Origin: a bacterium
Lineage (GTDB): Bacteria; Hinthialibacterota; Hinthialibacteria; Hinthialibacterales; Hinthialibacteraceae
Length of the DNA stretch: 64,000 bases
Direction: 5' to 3'
Assembly: GCA_963662285.2 (NCBI GenBank)
Contig: CAXXMV010000002.1
Location: 256,001-320,000 of the forward strand
Position 1 is the stretch's first letter. Every line of letters starts with the position of its first letter. Position numbers and translations under genes: made by a program. A model generated the notes under the pieces. The model searched no databases, was not told the DNA's origin, and was given only the letters and a program-made list of their open reading frames with translations. Positions 1-10,391 of this stretch are shown here, in pieces.

Positions 1-641
1 TATATCTGTTTATATCTCACCCTTGGAAGACGGCTCTTCGTCTTGGATCAGCGCTTATGATCCCGTTTATTATTATTTGCGTGGGGTGGGGATTTCGCAA
101 TCATGCGCTTACTGGCTATTTCTTTCTTTTTGATAGCAGAGGCGGCAAGGAATTCTGGTTGGGCAATAATCAGGAAGTTGATGGTTGCTGGGAAGGCCCT
201 AAACAGGCGCAATGGATGGCGCAATGGCGTGAATATCAGCGCATTGCCAGAGAGACCAGCGATCATCCACTGGCTGCGAACAAATTGCTTTTCCGCAAAG
301 GCATAGAGCAAATAATGGCCAATCCAGGTGGAGCGGTAATACTGTTTGCCAAAAAATTCATCCGTTTTTGGTATGTTCCCGCTTCTGGTCGATTGCTTAA
401 TATTACATTTCCTTTACAAAGTCTCTATTTACTCTTCGCGCTTTTTGGATTATACAAAGCTGGTGTGCGATATCGTGGAGCTGGATTGCCCTTATTTGTA
501 ATCTTTTATTACTGCGCAATCTATACTCTGTCTTATTCATGCATTAGATTTAGTCTTCCAATCATGCCTTGGATTTGCGCCTTGGGTGGGATTGGTTTGA
601 GTCATATATGGAATATTTGGGGAGTGAGTCCAGATGAGTGA
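1..641 (+). CDS. Polytopic membrane protein, C-terminal part (probable ArnT/GT-C family glycosyltransferase); 5'-truncated by window edge
   Basis: Frame is open from base 3 (YLFISHPWKTALRLGSALMIPF...). 'W..RN' and 'GG..FWLGNN' periplasmic loop plus C-terminal 'RFSLPIMP' are typical of GT-C-like proteins. Confidence 0.6.
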   Translation, partial: YLFISHPWKTALRLGSALMIPFIIICVGWGFRNHALTGYFFLFDSRGGKEFWLGNNQEVDGCWEGPKQAQWMAQWREYQRIARETSDHPLAANKLLFRKGIEQIMANPGGAVILFAKKFIRFWYVPASGRLLNITFPLQSLYLLFALFGLYKAGVRYRGAGLPLFVIFYYCAIYTLSYSCIRFSLPIMPWICALGGIGLSHIWNIWGVSPDE

Positions 642-915
642 GAAGAAACAAATTCATGTTCTTGTGAGCGGCAGAGTCCAGGGCGTTGGTTTCCGCTATT
701 TTGTTCAACGCATAGCCCGCTCAATGGATTTAACAGGTCAAGTACGCAATATGGGAGATGGGCGGGTCGAGATTTTTGCTGAGGGAGAAGAATCCACGCT
801 GCTGGCATTTATCAAAAAAGTCGAACAAGGGCCTGCTTTATCTCATGTATCATCGGTTAATGTGAATTGGTCTCCCGCCATTGGGGCGCATAAAGATTTT
901 AATACTACATATTGA
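634..915 (+). CDS. acyP: Acylphosphatase
   Basis: VSGRVQGVGFR signature and G.VRN..DGRVE motif, 93 aa. Confidence 0.95.
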   Translation: MSEKKQIHVLVSGRVQGVGFRYFVQRIARSMDLTGQVRNMGDGRVEIFAEGEESTLLAFIKKVEQGPALSHVSSVNVNWSPAIGAHKDFNTTY

Positions 916-932
916 ATTATCAGGAGTTATTT

Positions 933-1352
933 ATGGAAATTAGAACAGATCATATTAGCGTTTCAACCAAAGCCAACACAGATATCGTTGATTTAACTCC
1001 TGGAATAGTACAAATTCTCAATCGCAGTGGATTAAAAGAAGGGCAAGTGACCGTTTTTGCTCCGGGAGCGACGGCGGGTATTAGTACTATTGAATTTGAA
1101 CCGGGGTTGCTTAAAGATATTCCTGAGAGGTTAGAGGCTATCGCGCCTTCCGGCGATACATATCATCATGATTTAACATGGCATGATGGCAATGGTCATT
1201 CCCATGTCCGGGCGACTTTCATCGGCCCTTCTCTTACGATTCCATTTGTTGATGGAAAAATGACGCTTGGTACATGGCAGCAGGTAATATTGATAGATTG
1301 CGACGTCCCATCCCGCCAACGCGATATTGTCGTCCAAGTTATGGGACAATAA
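933..1352 (+). CDS. yjbQ: YjbQ/UPF0047 family protein
   Basis: Y.HD...HDGNGHSH and LGTWQ motifs. Start moved to ATG 933, downstream of AGGAG. Confidence 0.9.
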   Translation: MEIRTDHISVSTKANTDIVDLTPGIVQILNRSGLKEGQVTVFAPGATAGISTIEFEPGLLKDIPERLEAIAPSGDTYHHDLTWHDGNGHSHVRATFIGPSLTIPFVDGKMTLGTWQQVILIDCDVPSRQRDIVVQVMGQ

Positions 1353-1431
1353 GAATCGTTCTATAATTAGGCTGGTTGGTATAATAACGTTCTTCATAGA
1401 ACGATTGTCGAGATAAAGTTGGTTTATAATT

Positions 1432-2460
1432 ATGAAAATTGGAGTATTTGGCGCAGGTTCGTGGGGCGCCGCCCTCTCTATGGTATTATGCGGTAAAGGC
1501 CATGAGGTCTTTATGTGGTCTAATGATGAGGATGAAGCCGATAAAATAGCAAAAACCCGTCGTTTAATTCATAAATTACCGGATATTACCATTCCCAAGG
1601 AGATCACCGTTACAACTGACGCCAGTTCTTTTATGTCTGATGCTGAAATTTTGGTGGTGGCGGTTCCTTCAAAATTCCTGCGAAATTTCGCGCAATCCAT
1701 GGCCGATAGAATAGTCGGTAAACCTAAAATTGTGGTTAATGCGACCAAAGGTCTTGAAACCGGTTCATTATTGACGATGAGCGAGATACTGCAATCTATC
1801 TGGATGAAACCGGATTCTCAGGTTAAGGCTGTGGCTGCCTTGTCTGGTCCGAGCCATGCGGAAGAAGTCGCACGGGGATTGCCGACCGCCATAGTTACGG
1901 CGAATGATGAAGAATCCATTGCTGAGAAAGTGCAAGATGCTTTCCAGACGCCGCGATTCCGGGTTTATACCAATAATGACCGGCTAGGCGTGGAAATCGG
2001 CGCCGCCATGAAGAACATAATGGCTGTGGCGGTAGGTATTTCTGATGGGTTGGGATTTGGCGACAATGCCAGAGCCGCGTTGATATCTCGCGGTCTTTAT
2101 GAAATGAGCATCGCCGGTCGTTGCCTGGGCGCCAAATTAGAGACATTCAGCGGTCTTTCGGGATTGGGCGACCTGGTAGTTACCTGTACAAGCCAGCATA
2201 GCCGGAACCGCAAATTTGGAGAGTTGCTCGCGAAAGGTTACAGCACTGAAGATGCAGAAGAAGAAGTCGGTATGGTTGTCGAAGGGCGAACCGCCGTTCG
2301 GGCGATGCCGGACCTCAAGAATAGAATAAAACAGGACCTTCCAATATCTGAGGAAGTTTATTCTATCGTATGGGAAAATGGCGATCCGAAAGAAGCTGTG
2401 GAGCGCCTGATGATGCGCGAGTTGAAATCAGAACGCTTACCCGGCGACAGTTCCTGTTGA
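1432..2460 (+). CDS. gpsA: NAD(P)H-dependent glycerol-3-phosphate dehydrogenase
   Basis: GAGSWG Rossmann motif, SGPSHA.EV, GLSGLGDL..TCTS..SRN. Confidence 0.96.
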   Translation: MKIGVFGAGSWGAALSMVLCGKGHEVFMWSNDEDEADKIAKTRRLIHKLPDITIPKEITVTTDASSFMSDAEILVVAVPSKFLRNFAQSMADRIVGKPKIVVNATKGLETGSLLTMSEILQSIWMKPDSQVKAVAALSGPSHAEEVARGLPTAIVTANDEESIAEKVQDAFQTPRFRVYTNNDRLGVEIGAAMKNIMAVAVGISDGLGFGDNARAALISRGLYEMSIAGRCLGAKLETFSGLSGLGDLVVTCTSQHSRNRKFGELLAKGYSTEDAEEEVGMVVEGRTAVRAMPDLKNRIKQDLPISEEVYSIVWENGDPKEAVERLMMRELKSERLPGDSSC

Positions 2461-2488
2461 TATCCAGTTTAAACACAAACCTGCATAT

Positions 2489-2516
2489 AAAAAGCCCACA
2501 TTAAGTGGGCTTTTTT
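2489..2516. terminator. Bidirectional intrinsic terminator
   Basis: AAAAAGCCCAC-ATTAA-GTGGGCTTTTTT between convergent gpsA and aldolase genes. Confidence 0.9.
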
Positions 2517-2559
2517 AGTAGAACCTGAACAGTCAGAATTATAAATAAATCTAGAAATA

Positions 2560-3288
2560 TTAGTCGTTTATGTCTCTAACAGAGCCAGTTTTAGCTTGAC
2601 CTGGAATGGTTGTGTTGTGAATATTGCATCCTCCCACTCCATTTGATATGCCATAGTAGCCTCTCATTGATTCCAGGCGTTCGACCTGATCTTGTGAGAA
2701 GAGATTTATTTGACCCAGTTGGACTGACGCCAGTAAAATCTTGGCGAAATGCTCCATAGTTTCCATGCGGTAATATGCTTGAGTAATACTGTTTCCCCAG
2801 GAGAGAGCGCCGTGGTTTGCTAGCAGCACTGCGGTGCTATCTTTGAGGTGCGGGGCTATGGATTGTGGGATTTCATCAGTGGATGGCAAGCCATAAGGCA
2901 CGCATGGAATCTGGCCCATGGCCAGCACTACTTCAGGTAAAAGGCATTGATCCAATGATATTCCCGCTACCGAAAAGGCTGTAGCAATAGGGGGATGCGC
3001 ATGACAAACCGCATTAACTTCAGGACACTCATTATAAACAAATAAGTGCATTTTCATCTCAGAAGAAGGATTCAACGGGCCGCCGGATCGTTTGCGGCCT
3101 TCTCTATCTACTATGATTAAATCGCTTACTTCCATGAATCCTTTGCTGACGCCGGTAGGAGTGCAGACAAACTCATTATCGGAAATTCTGCATGATATGT
3201 TGCCATCGTTGGCGGCGACCCATTCTTTGGTCCACATGCGGCGACCGATTTCGACGATCTGGTTCTTGGCTTCAAAAATATTTGTCAT
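2560..3288 (-). CDS. Class II aldolase/adducin family protein (FucA-like)
   Basis: ANDGNIS, TPTGVSKG, PSSE..MH, HAHP and NHG Zn-binding motifs. Confidence 0.9.
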   Translation of the reverse strand: MTNIFEAKNQIVEIGRRMWTKEWVAANDGNISCRISDNEFVCTPTGVSKGFMEVSDLIIVDREGRKRSGGPLNPSSEMKMHLFVYNECPEVNAVCHAHPPIATAFSVAGISLDQCLLPEVVLAMGQIPCVPYGLPSTDEIPQSIAPHLKDSTAVLLANHGALSWGNSITQAYYRMETMEHFAKILLASVQLGQINLFSQDQVERLESMRGYYGISNGVGGCNIHNTTIPGQAKTGSVRDIND

Positions 3289-3629
3289 TTATTTGTCTCT
3301 TTAGATTTATCTGGGATGGGAGTTGAAGAAATATCCACTTTTTTTGATTTTTTACCAAAATCAAGAGGTGAAATGGGATTTTTCTTCATAAATTCTTCTA
3401 TTGAAGTGTTGCCAGTTTTGGGATCAGCGCTTATCACATTCTCCCATTCAGGGAACTCTGCTAATTTATAATAACGATATTTAGCTAGAGGTCCCCGCGT
3501 ACGATCAGGGAATGGGCCCCCGCAACTGCGTATAAATAAATGGCAGGAAAACCAGACCAAAAATAGTATTGATAGTCCGCTGCACAAGAATTTCAATTTA
3601 GCGAAGTGTTTAATAATCTTTGAATACAT
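3285..3629 (-). CDS. Hypothetical membrane-anchored protein
   Basis: 114 aa ORF with N-terminal hydrophobic segment; stop overlaps the aldolase start. Confidence 0.6.
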   Translation of the reverse strand: MYSKIIKHFAKLKFLCSGLSILFLVWFSCHLFIRSCGGPFPDRTRGPLAKYRYYKLAEFPEWENVISADPKTGNTSIEEFMKKNPISPLDFGKKSKKVDISSTPIPDKSKETNK

Positions 3630-3947
3630 AGATACGATCCGTTTCTAGTTGCCATCTTTTTCGTTTACTATGCAACGATTAGGATGGCTATAAGTGACGC
3701 TAAAATCAAGGAGCTGAAGATTTTTGAATAATATTATTCTACTGGAAAATACAATTTGGTTCTATATGTAAAAAGCGGTAGTAAAAGAACTCCAGGCTTT
3801 TTTCTAATAGTTAACGACTGGGGATGGGTATGAAAGAGGTATAGGAAAAGGTATAGTAATCCAACTTATACAGTGGTTTTATAAAAAAACATGAACGTTA
3901 TAATATAAACCTATCTAAAGGATTATGTTCAGATTGTTTGATTATTT

Positions 3948-4493
3948 ATGATGAATATTCCGAACCTGCTCACCATGTCCCGCCTTCTTTTAGTCCCCAC
4001 TTTTTTTCTGGTGATGTATTATCATCTGGCGGGTTTGTCTGGGATGCTAACGTGGACGCGTGTTATCCTGATTTTTATTGTTGCCAGTGATTTTCTAGAC
4101 GGTTATCTGGCGCGAAGAAGGTGTGAAGTTACGTCCTTGGGCAGCGTTCTAGATCCAATGGCGGATAAATTATTCGTTACGGCTTCATTTATTCTTCTTA
4201 CTGTTTATGATCAAATTCCTGTTTGGCTGACTATAATCGTTGTAACCAAGGATATTTTGGTAAGCATTGGTTGGTGTATGCTCGCCATGTTATATCATAA
4301 AGTAGAAGTAAATACTTCGGTTTTCGGTAAACTGGCTACTGTACTTCAGTATGGAACAGTCTGTCTTATCGTGTTGATTCCGAGTAATTTTACTTTAATC
4401 GGATTTAATTATCTGACGGCGATCACTACAATTCTGGCGCTAGTGCATTATGGCTATCAGGCGGCCCAGCAAACGAATGGTTCTTCAACATAA
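3948..4493 (+). CDS. CDP-alcohol phosphatidyltransferase
   Basis: NIPNLLT..R and DFLDGYLARR...G..LDPMADK motif. Confidence 0.9.
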   Translation: MMNIPNLLTMSRLLLVPTFFLVMYYHLAGLSGMLTWTRVILIFIVASDFLDGYLARRRCEVTSLGSVLDPMADKLFVTASFILLTVYDQIPVWLTIIVVTKDILVSIGWCMLAMLYHKVEVNTSVFGKLATVLQYGTVCLIVLIPSNFTLIGFNYLTAITTILALVHYGYQAAQQTNGSST

Positions 4494-4527
4494 CCTGTTG
4501 AGAGCAATGAGTGGAGATTATTGATAA

Positions 4528-5106
4528 ATGATGAATTTACCAAACTTTCTAACATCAATACGTTTGGTTTTAACCCCTGTTCTTGCGATTCTCTTTCTCA
4601 ATGATGGGGAATTATCGCGTTACTTTGTACTGTTAATTGTTATAATTTCAGAATTAACCGATTTATTCGATGGTTATATGGCCCGTAAAAGAGGCCAGGT
4701 AACGGATTTCGGGAAAATTCTAGATCCCATGGCGGATAGCATCTACCGCGATACGATTTTTCTTTGCCTGGCTGTAGAACAGCAAGTAACCTTATTATTG
4801 GTTTTGCCCATCCTCTATAGAGATTCAATTATTGCCACGCTTCGCACCGTTAGCGCTTATAAAGGCATTGTTGTAGCCGCGCGTACCAGCGGTAAAATTA
4901 AAGCCATAATTCAGGCTACAGTAATAATAATAATACTTTTATTAAGAATTATCGCGATTCATTTTCCTATCGTTGAGCAATATTTGTATTTAATTGCTAA
5001 TATTCTTATGGGCGTCGCCTGTACCGTAACGCTTATATCCGCTTATGATTATCTGAGTACTTTGATACCCAAAATCCGCGAAATAGATGCGATGAAAAAA
5101 GAATAA
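4528..5106 (+). CDS. pgsA: CDP-diacylglycerol--glycerol-3-phosphate 3-phosphatidyltransferase (PgsA-like)
   Basis: NLPNFLT..R, DLFDGYMARK.GQVTDFGKILDPMAD, AA..SGKIKA..Q. Confidence 0.82.
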   Translation: MMNLPNFLTSIRLVLTPVLAILFLNDGELSRYFVLLIVIISELTDLFDGYMARKRGQVTDFGKILDPMADSIYRDTIFLCLAVEQQVTLLLVLPILYRDSIIATLRTVSAYKGIVVAARTSGKIKAIIQATVIIIILLLRIIAIHFPIVEQYLYLIANILMGVACTVTLISAYDYLSTLIPKIREIDAMKKE

Positions 5107-5474
5107 TATTCCTGCGCTAGTCCTTATTTATAAATACAAGGCTTTGTATAATGACCTATCATGATTTTGAGTCGGCTTGATTTTTTTTGGGAAAAAATCG
5201 GATAAGCAAAAGTTTATTTATAATTATGATAATATAGTATTTGTATATTATATTATGCATATATACTATCTATACTTTAAATTGTGTGATGTCTGATGCT
5301 TACAGCAAAAGTCGGTTAATAGAATAAATCTGTTGATTCTGTTAGATTAAATATTATTTTATTGGTTTTTCTGGCAGTTGTTTTTAACTTATTTGTTGGG
5401 AATTGGAGATAGTTATTTTTCACATCTCTTTTTTTATAACCCAGCATTATATGCCTTGTTAGGGATGGGCTATT

Positions 5475-6548
5475 ATGCCGGATTTATTTGAACGTTTGCC
5501 GAAGTATGTCCAGATAAAAGAATCGTTGCGTGAAGAGATTAATGAAGGCTATATAAAAGAAGGTCAAAAGCTTCCTTCTGAAGAAACGTTAATTGATCGC
5601 TTTGGCGCAAGCAAGATGACCGTTATTCGCGCTCTGCAAGAATTAGTGCAGGAGGGATATTTAAAGCGCATCCAAGGTAAAGGTACATTTGTAACTCATC
5701 CTATCCCCCAATTGCCAATAATAGGAGTAATGCTGCCATATACCGACAGAGGCGTTTTCCATGTAATTCTTCATGCGATAGAAGATCAAGCGCGTTCTTT
5801 AGGTTATGGTATTTTGTTATGCAATGTCTACGATAATGATGAAAAAGCCTATTCTTTTGTAAAACGTATTGTTTCTTTCAAGGCCGCTGGATTGATTATT
5901 GCTCCATCAGGAAATCTAGAGAACTCTAGCCGCCATAAGGACTGCTTTAAATTATTAAAACAGTATTCTATTCCAACGGTATGCATTGGAAATTCAATGG
6001 TTGGGATGGAAGAAGCGCCAACCATTAAGTCGAATATATCTGAGGGTATGTCAGATTTAACAAATGTTGTCATTCGGTGGGGTCATCGTAGAATTATTCT
6101 GATTTGCAAAGATGAAGACCTTATAACCTCCGTCGATGCGATAGAAGGGTTTAAGAATGCCATAGCGCAAAATAACATTGATGTTGCTGAGATAATTTCT
6201 TTATCAGAGAAGCAAAGTTTTGATGATTTGGTTCAACATCTCAAGATCATTATCAATCATTATAAACCTACAGTTTTTATGACTTTACACGACAATTTCG
6301 CTTTGCATCTTATCGGGCTTTTAAGAAATATACCGTCTGCCACAGCTGAAAAAATCTCAGTTACGGGCGTTGATGATCTTCCGTATGTTGAACATTCAGG
6401 TTTAACGACATTGCGGAGACCGTTATATGAAACAGGCCGTAAAGCGATTACTTTATTGCATGAAATTATTAATCATAATCAATCCCAATCATTATCTTTA
6501 CCCTGTGAAGTGATTATCCGTTCATCATTGTCTATCTTAAGTAATTGA
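5475..6548 (+). CDS. GntR-HTH / LacI-type sugar-binding transcriptional regulator (AraR-like)
   Basis: LPSE..L...FG.S..TV.RAL..L..EG....QGKGTFV wHTH followed by periplasmic-binding-protein-like domain (SVTGVDD, LTT). Confidence 0.9.
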   Translation: MPDLFERLPKYVQIKESLREEINEGYIKEGQKLPSEETLIDRFGASKMTVIRALQELVQEGYLKRIQGKGTFVTHPIPQLPIIGVMLPYTDRGVFHVILHAIEDQARSLGYGILLCNVYDNDEKAYSFVKRIVSFKAAGLIIAPSGNLENSSRHKDCFKLLKQYSIPTVCIGNSMVGMEEAPTIKSNISEGMSDLTNVVIRWGHRRIILICKDEDLITSVDAIEGFKNAIAQNNIDVAEIISLSEKQSFDDLVQHLKIIINHYKPTVFMTLHDNFALHLIGLLRNIPSATAEKISVTGVDDLPYVEHSGLTTLRRPLYETGRKAITLLHEIINHNQSQSLSLPCEVIIRSSLSILSN

Positions 6549-6574
6549 TTTTATCTTCAATTGGGTAAAGCGTT

Positions 6575-7570
6575 TCATCTTTGTTGGAAATGATCAAAGC
6601 CTGAATTTTGAATATCTCCTCTTCCGATTAATTGAATTGAATCGCTGGTGGATGTGATTAAACCGATATTTGTTATTTGGCAATCTTCTTTATCCCATGT
6701 TTCTAGAAGTTGTTTGGCTTGATCTTCGGGCAATGTAAATAAAAGTTCGTAATCTTCGCCCCCTTTCCAGGCATAAGAAATGGGATCACAGGCGTATTCT
6801 CTTAACTCTTTACTGCAAGGAATGCTGGCGGCAATTATCGCTGCTCCGGTTCCACTTGCTTTACATATCTTGGGAAGGTCTCTGGCTAAACCATCGCTGA
6901 TATCGGTCATGGATGACGGGATGGCTAGTTTAATTAATTGGAGCGCCTCTTTTAAGCGGGGCGTCGGTCGTAGTAAACGTTGGATTAGAAAGGCGTCTTC
7001 TAAATCTTTTTCTGATTTGTTCTGGTCTTGTAGAATTTCAAGCCCGGCGGCGGCGTCTCCTACCGTTCCTGTAATAAATATCCAGTCGCCTGGCTGAGCT
7101 GTATTAATGCGGATGGGTTTCTGGATTTGTTGATAACCTATTGCTGTAATTGATATCATTAATTGAGGTGATTGGATGGTGTCTCCCCCGATAATCTCCA
7201 AACCCCATACATTTTTCTGTTTGGCCAGGGTTTGGTAGAACTCTTCGATCCAGCGAATTTCCGTATTGCCGGGAAGACCTAAGGCGATTAATCCAAATGC
7301 CGGTTGTGCGCCTTTGGCGGCCAAATCACTGATATTGGACGCCAAGGATTTATAGGCCAGATCCGCCGCTGTAGTCCATTGGGATAAAAAATGCACTCCC
7401 TCAACCATTGCGTCTTTGGTCAGCACCATAGGACTATGCAGTGGTTGAATTACTGCGGCGTCATCGCCAATGCCAACCAGGATGTTTTTTGAAGAATTAG
7501 GCAGAATATCCTTAATTATCTGATGTAGTTTGAATTCTCCGATATCATTTATAGTTGGATGGTCTGACAT
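6575..7570 (-). CDS. thiL: Thiamine-monophosphate kinase
   Basis: GEF..., GIGDDAA, D.MVEGVHF, NISDLAA.GA, GGD, DISDGL, GGEDYELLFT. ATG 7570 preferred over TTG 7636. Confidence 0.95.
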   Translation of the reverse strand: MSDHPTINDIGEFKLHQIIKDILPNSSKNILVGIGDDAAVIQPLHSPMVLTKDAMVEGVHFLSQWTTAADLAYKSLASNISDLAAKGAQPAFGLIALGLPGNTEIRWIEEFYQTLAKQKNVWGLEIIGGDTIQSPQLMISITAIGYQQIQKPIRINTAQPGDWIFITGTVGDAAAGLEILQDQNKSEKDLEDAFLIQRLLRPTPRLKEALQLIKLAIPSSMTDISDGLARDLPKICKASGTGAAIIAASIPCSKELREYACDPISYAWKGGEDYELLFTLPEDQAKQLLETWDKEDCQITNIGLITSTSDSIQLIGRGDIQNSGFDHFQQR

Positions 7571-7666
7571 TATTATGGTTCCTTTTGTGGTAATTCTATA
7601 CTTATGTGCTTTAATACTTTCTAGAGCGAGTATCAAAATTATGTTCGTTTATTATCACCTTTAGTC

Positions 7667-7700
7667 TTCGAAAAAGCCATTCTTTTCTGGCTTTTTCGAA
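7667..7700. repeat. Perfect 13-bp inverted repeat in divergent intergenic region
   Basis: TTCGAAAAAGCCA-N8-TGGCTTTTTCGAA. Confidence 0.75.
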
Positions 7701-7936
7701 TCTCCAATCAGAACATTATTATGAAAACTACTCTAAATGCTTTGCGTTAAACGAATTTTATGATTGGTAAGAGTATTAGTAGAAATAATAGTCATTTATT
7801 GAGTATAATATATCCGATTAAACTATATTTATCGGATCACAGATTTTATCATGGAAATTTGAGTCATATTTGGCGCTTGGCAAATTCCAGAAGACTCTAC
7901 TGCCGGGTGGTAGAGAATATGAAAAGGAGCAGGATT

Positions 7937-8545
7937 ATGTGCACGATCAAATGGAACAGAGTTTCATGTTTTATGTGTGGATTATGTTTATTATGCGCTT
8001 TTGCGGTTTCAGATTCTTATGCTCAAGAAGAACTTCCCTTTACGATTAATGCATATGCTTTTTATATGCCTCTCTCTGATGTTAAGGAATACCTGAAAGA
8101 TGGTTTAACGGGCGAGGAATTGACGAAAATGCAGGTAGAGCATTTCAAAGCTACCGCTATCCTTCCAGAAGATAAGCCGTTGAAACTATCTGAAGGCGAC
8201 AATGTTATAATCCTCCCGGAGGATATGAGGGCGCTGCTTTTTGATGATGTCACGGATAAATCCGTCGTTTTCATCTTCGAAATAATAAAACATAAGGATA
8301 TCGCAGATGAGATTTTAAGTATAAACCGGAATTCTTATGCGGCGTCAGTCGATGCCAATGGCGAAGAAAAATTGATACGTCCAAAAAAGGGCGAGTGGAG
8401 AATTCCGGCAAATGCCCTGCGATACCGATTCCTTGATTTTCGGCATGTAGTTACTTTTCAGCATAAAAAATTCGTTTATGAATTAGAAATTGGAGAAGGC
8501 GAAACTCCTATCCAATTTAAATTAATCTTGAAGACAAATGAATAA
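7937..8545 (+). CDS. Hypothetical secreted protein
   Basis: AAGGAG before ATG 7937; Cys-containing signal peptide ending SYA|QEE. Confidence 0.65.
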   Translation: MCTIKWNRVSCFMCGLCLLCAFAVSDSYAQEELPFTINAYAFYMPLSDVKEYLKDGLTGEELTKMQVEHFKATAILPEDKPLKLSEGDNVIILPEDMRALLFDDVTDKSVVFIFEIIKHKDIADEILSINRNSYAASVDANGEEKLIRPKKGEWRIPANALRYRFLDFRHVVTFQHKKFVYELEIGEGETPIQFKLILKTNE

Positions 8546-8765
8546 ACGAAACAAATCTTGATGTAAAACGTTATTAGATAGATTGCGTTATGATGATATT
8601 TATAAAATTTAGAACCGGTTTTCTGGAAACCGGGATCAGTAAACCATTCGAATAACTTATGTTATCCGTTGTAAAGTCATTATTTAGCGTGTATTTGAAT
8701 GGCTCACAACCGCATGCAATTTTCTAGTAATTGTTACATCAACCTTTATTTCTGGAGATAAGCCG

Positions 8766-10391
8766 ATGACGCAAGAAAAAGCGTATAAAAACCTATATAT
8801 CCGAGTGAGAAATGCCCATATCCGCCACTGTGGTCTATCCTTTTATTTTTATCTGATGAGGGCGCTCTTTATTGCGCTAGTCTTATCCTGCATTAGCGTT
8901 GGCGTAATAAAATTTCTACCCTATTCTTTAGACAAGTATTTATACATAATTCCCGCTTCTTTAATTGGTTTAGCGCTTCCCTGCGCCATGCTAATTGCGT
9001 GGCTGCGCAGAAGTGACCTGAAAACAACGGCGATGTTGGCGGATAAACATCTTCATTTGAAAGAAAAAATTTCTTCAGCTTTGGAATTATCTAAAAATGA
9101 TGAAAGTTCTGCAGGAGCATCTGAATGGAATGACGCCATATTGAATGATGCATTATACGCTGCGGATCGTTTAAAATTGACCAAAGCCTTTCCTCTCACC
9201 AATCCTGGTGAATTCCGGTGGATTTGGATTCCGGTTCTGGTTTTGATCCTGACCATTTTTGTAATTCCACAGTGGAATTACCTTACCTATGGCGGTAAGC
9301 AAGCCATAGCGCAAGACCTTGAACACAAAGCAGTTAAGAAGCATCTGCAAAAACTCATGCAGCGTCGGTTGATCCTTGATAAAAAAGTGAAGGATAAAGA
9401 GACCAAAATCGCATCGGAATTGTCAAAAGAGATAAAGAATCTTTCCGCCGACCTTTCAAAAGGGAAAATCGAAAAAAGAGACGCTTTGGCGAAACTGTCT
9501 TCTCTCGAAAAAGAATGGGAAAAACGTAAAGAGCAACTTGAAGGCATGAAACCCAATATGAGCGAACCGCTTAATTCAGGTTTAAAGCCCAAAATGACCA
9601 ATGATCTGGCTGAAGCTATGAAAGAGAATGATTTTGAGAAGGCGGCTAAAGCTCTCAATAAACTGCAAAAACAGATCAAACTGGGTAATATCGATCCCAA
9701 AGGTTTGAAACAACTCTCAAGCGAACTCAGTAAAATGGCTTCACTCATGAATATGGATTTACCTATGGTGAAAGCGTTGGACAACGCAGGACAAATGTTA
9801 TTATCCAGCGATTTGGATGGCGCCCTTAAACCTCTGCAAATTGCTGAAATGAGTATGCAGGACATGAAAGACCTGATGGAGCAGATGAAACTGCTCGAAG
9901 ATTCATTAAAAGACCTGAAAGACTGCAAATTTGCTTTGGCGGGCAAATTCGGCGAAAAGTGTGAAAAATGCGGTAAATGCTTTGGTGAGGGAGAAGGCTG
10001 TTGCAATGGAAACTGTTCAGGTAATGGCAAGGGCTTTGGCAAGGGAGGGACGAATCCCTGGAAACCTGGATTCAGCAGAAATCAAGGCAATGGAATGGGA
10101 GGACCCGGGATCGGGCGTGGAGGAAAAGCGCCATTCGCAGAAACAACTACCCAGATGTCTCCGGATAAACTTAAAAGTATGTTCGGCAATGCGCCGATAC
10201 AAGCCATTCTTCCGGTTGATGGCGCCGCAGTGAAGGGACAATCGACCATTATGGTTAATGATTCAGCTATTTTTGAATACAACCAGGAATCAGAAGAAGC
10301 TTTAACCAAAGAACGCGTTCCTTTGCCCATTCGCAACCAGGTGCGGTCTTATTTTGAAACCGGCGCTGATTCGAAATCAAGTGAAGAATAA
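8766..10391 (+). CDS. Membrane-anchored coiled-coil protein with Cys/Gly-rich segment
   Basis: N-terminal TM helices, D..L.LKE.ISSALE motif, long coiled coil, CEKCGKC..CC..C, Gly-rich region, C-terminal VP...RNQVRSYF. Confidence 0.8.
   Translation: MTQEKAYKNLYIRVRNAHIRHCGLSFYFYLMRALFIALVLSCISVGVIKFLPYSLDKYLYIIPASLIGLALPCAMLIAWLRRSDLKTTAMLADKHLHLKEKISSALELSKNDESSAGASEWNDAILNDALYAADRLKLTKAFPLTNPGEFRWIWIPVLVLILTIFVIPQWNYLTYGGKQAIAQDLEHKAVKKHLQKLMQRRLILDKKVKDKETKIASELSKEIKNLSADLSKGKIEKRDALAKLSSLEKEWEKRKEQLEGMKPNMSEPLNSGLKPKMTNDLAEAMKENDFEKAAKALNKLQKQIKLGNIDPKGLKQLSSELSKMASLMNMDLPMVKALDNAGQMLLSSDLDGALKPLQIAEMSMQDMKDLMEQMKLLEDSLKDLKDCKFALAGKFGEKCEKCGKCFGEGEGCCNGNCSGNGKGFGKGGTNPWKPGFSRNQGNGMGGPGIGRGGKAPFAETTTQMSPDKLKSMFGNAPIQAILPVDGAAVKGQSTIMVNDSAIFEYNQESEEALTKERVPLPIRNQVRSYFETGADSKSSEE

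Noticed and set aside
7571-7760. TPP riboswitch upstream of thiL
   Set aside because: No CUGAGA...ACCUGA signature on the minus strand.
9287-10042. 251-aa antisense ORF and the many other 60-135 aa ORFs overlapping long genes
   Set aside because: Shadows of well-supported genes on the opposite strand or frame, with no recognisable motifs.
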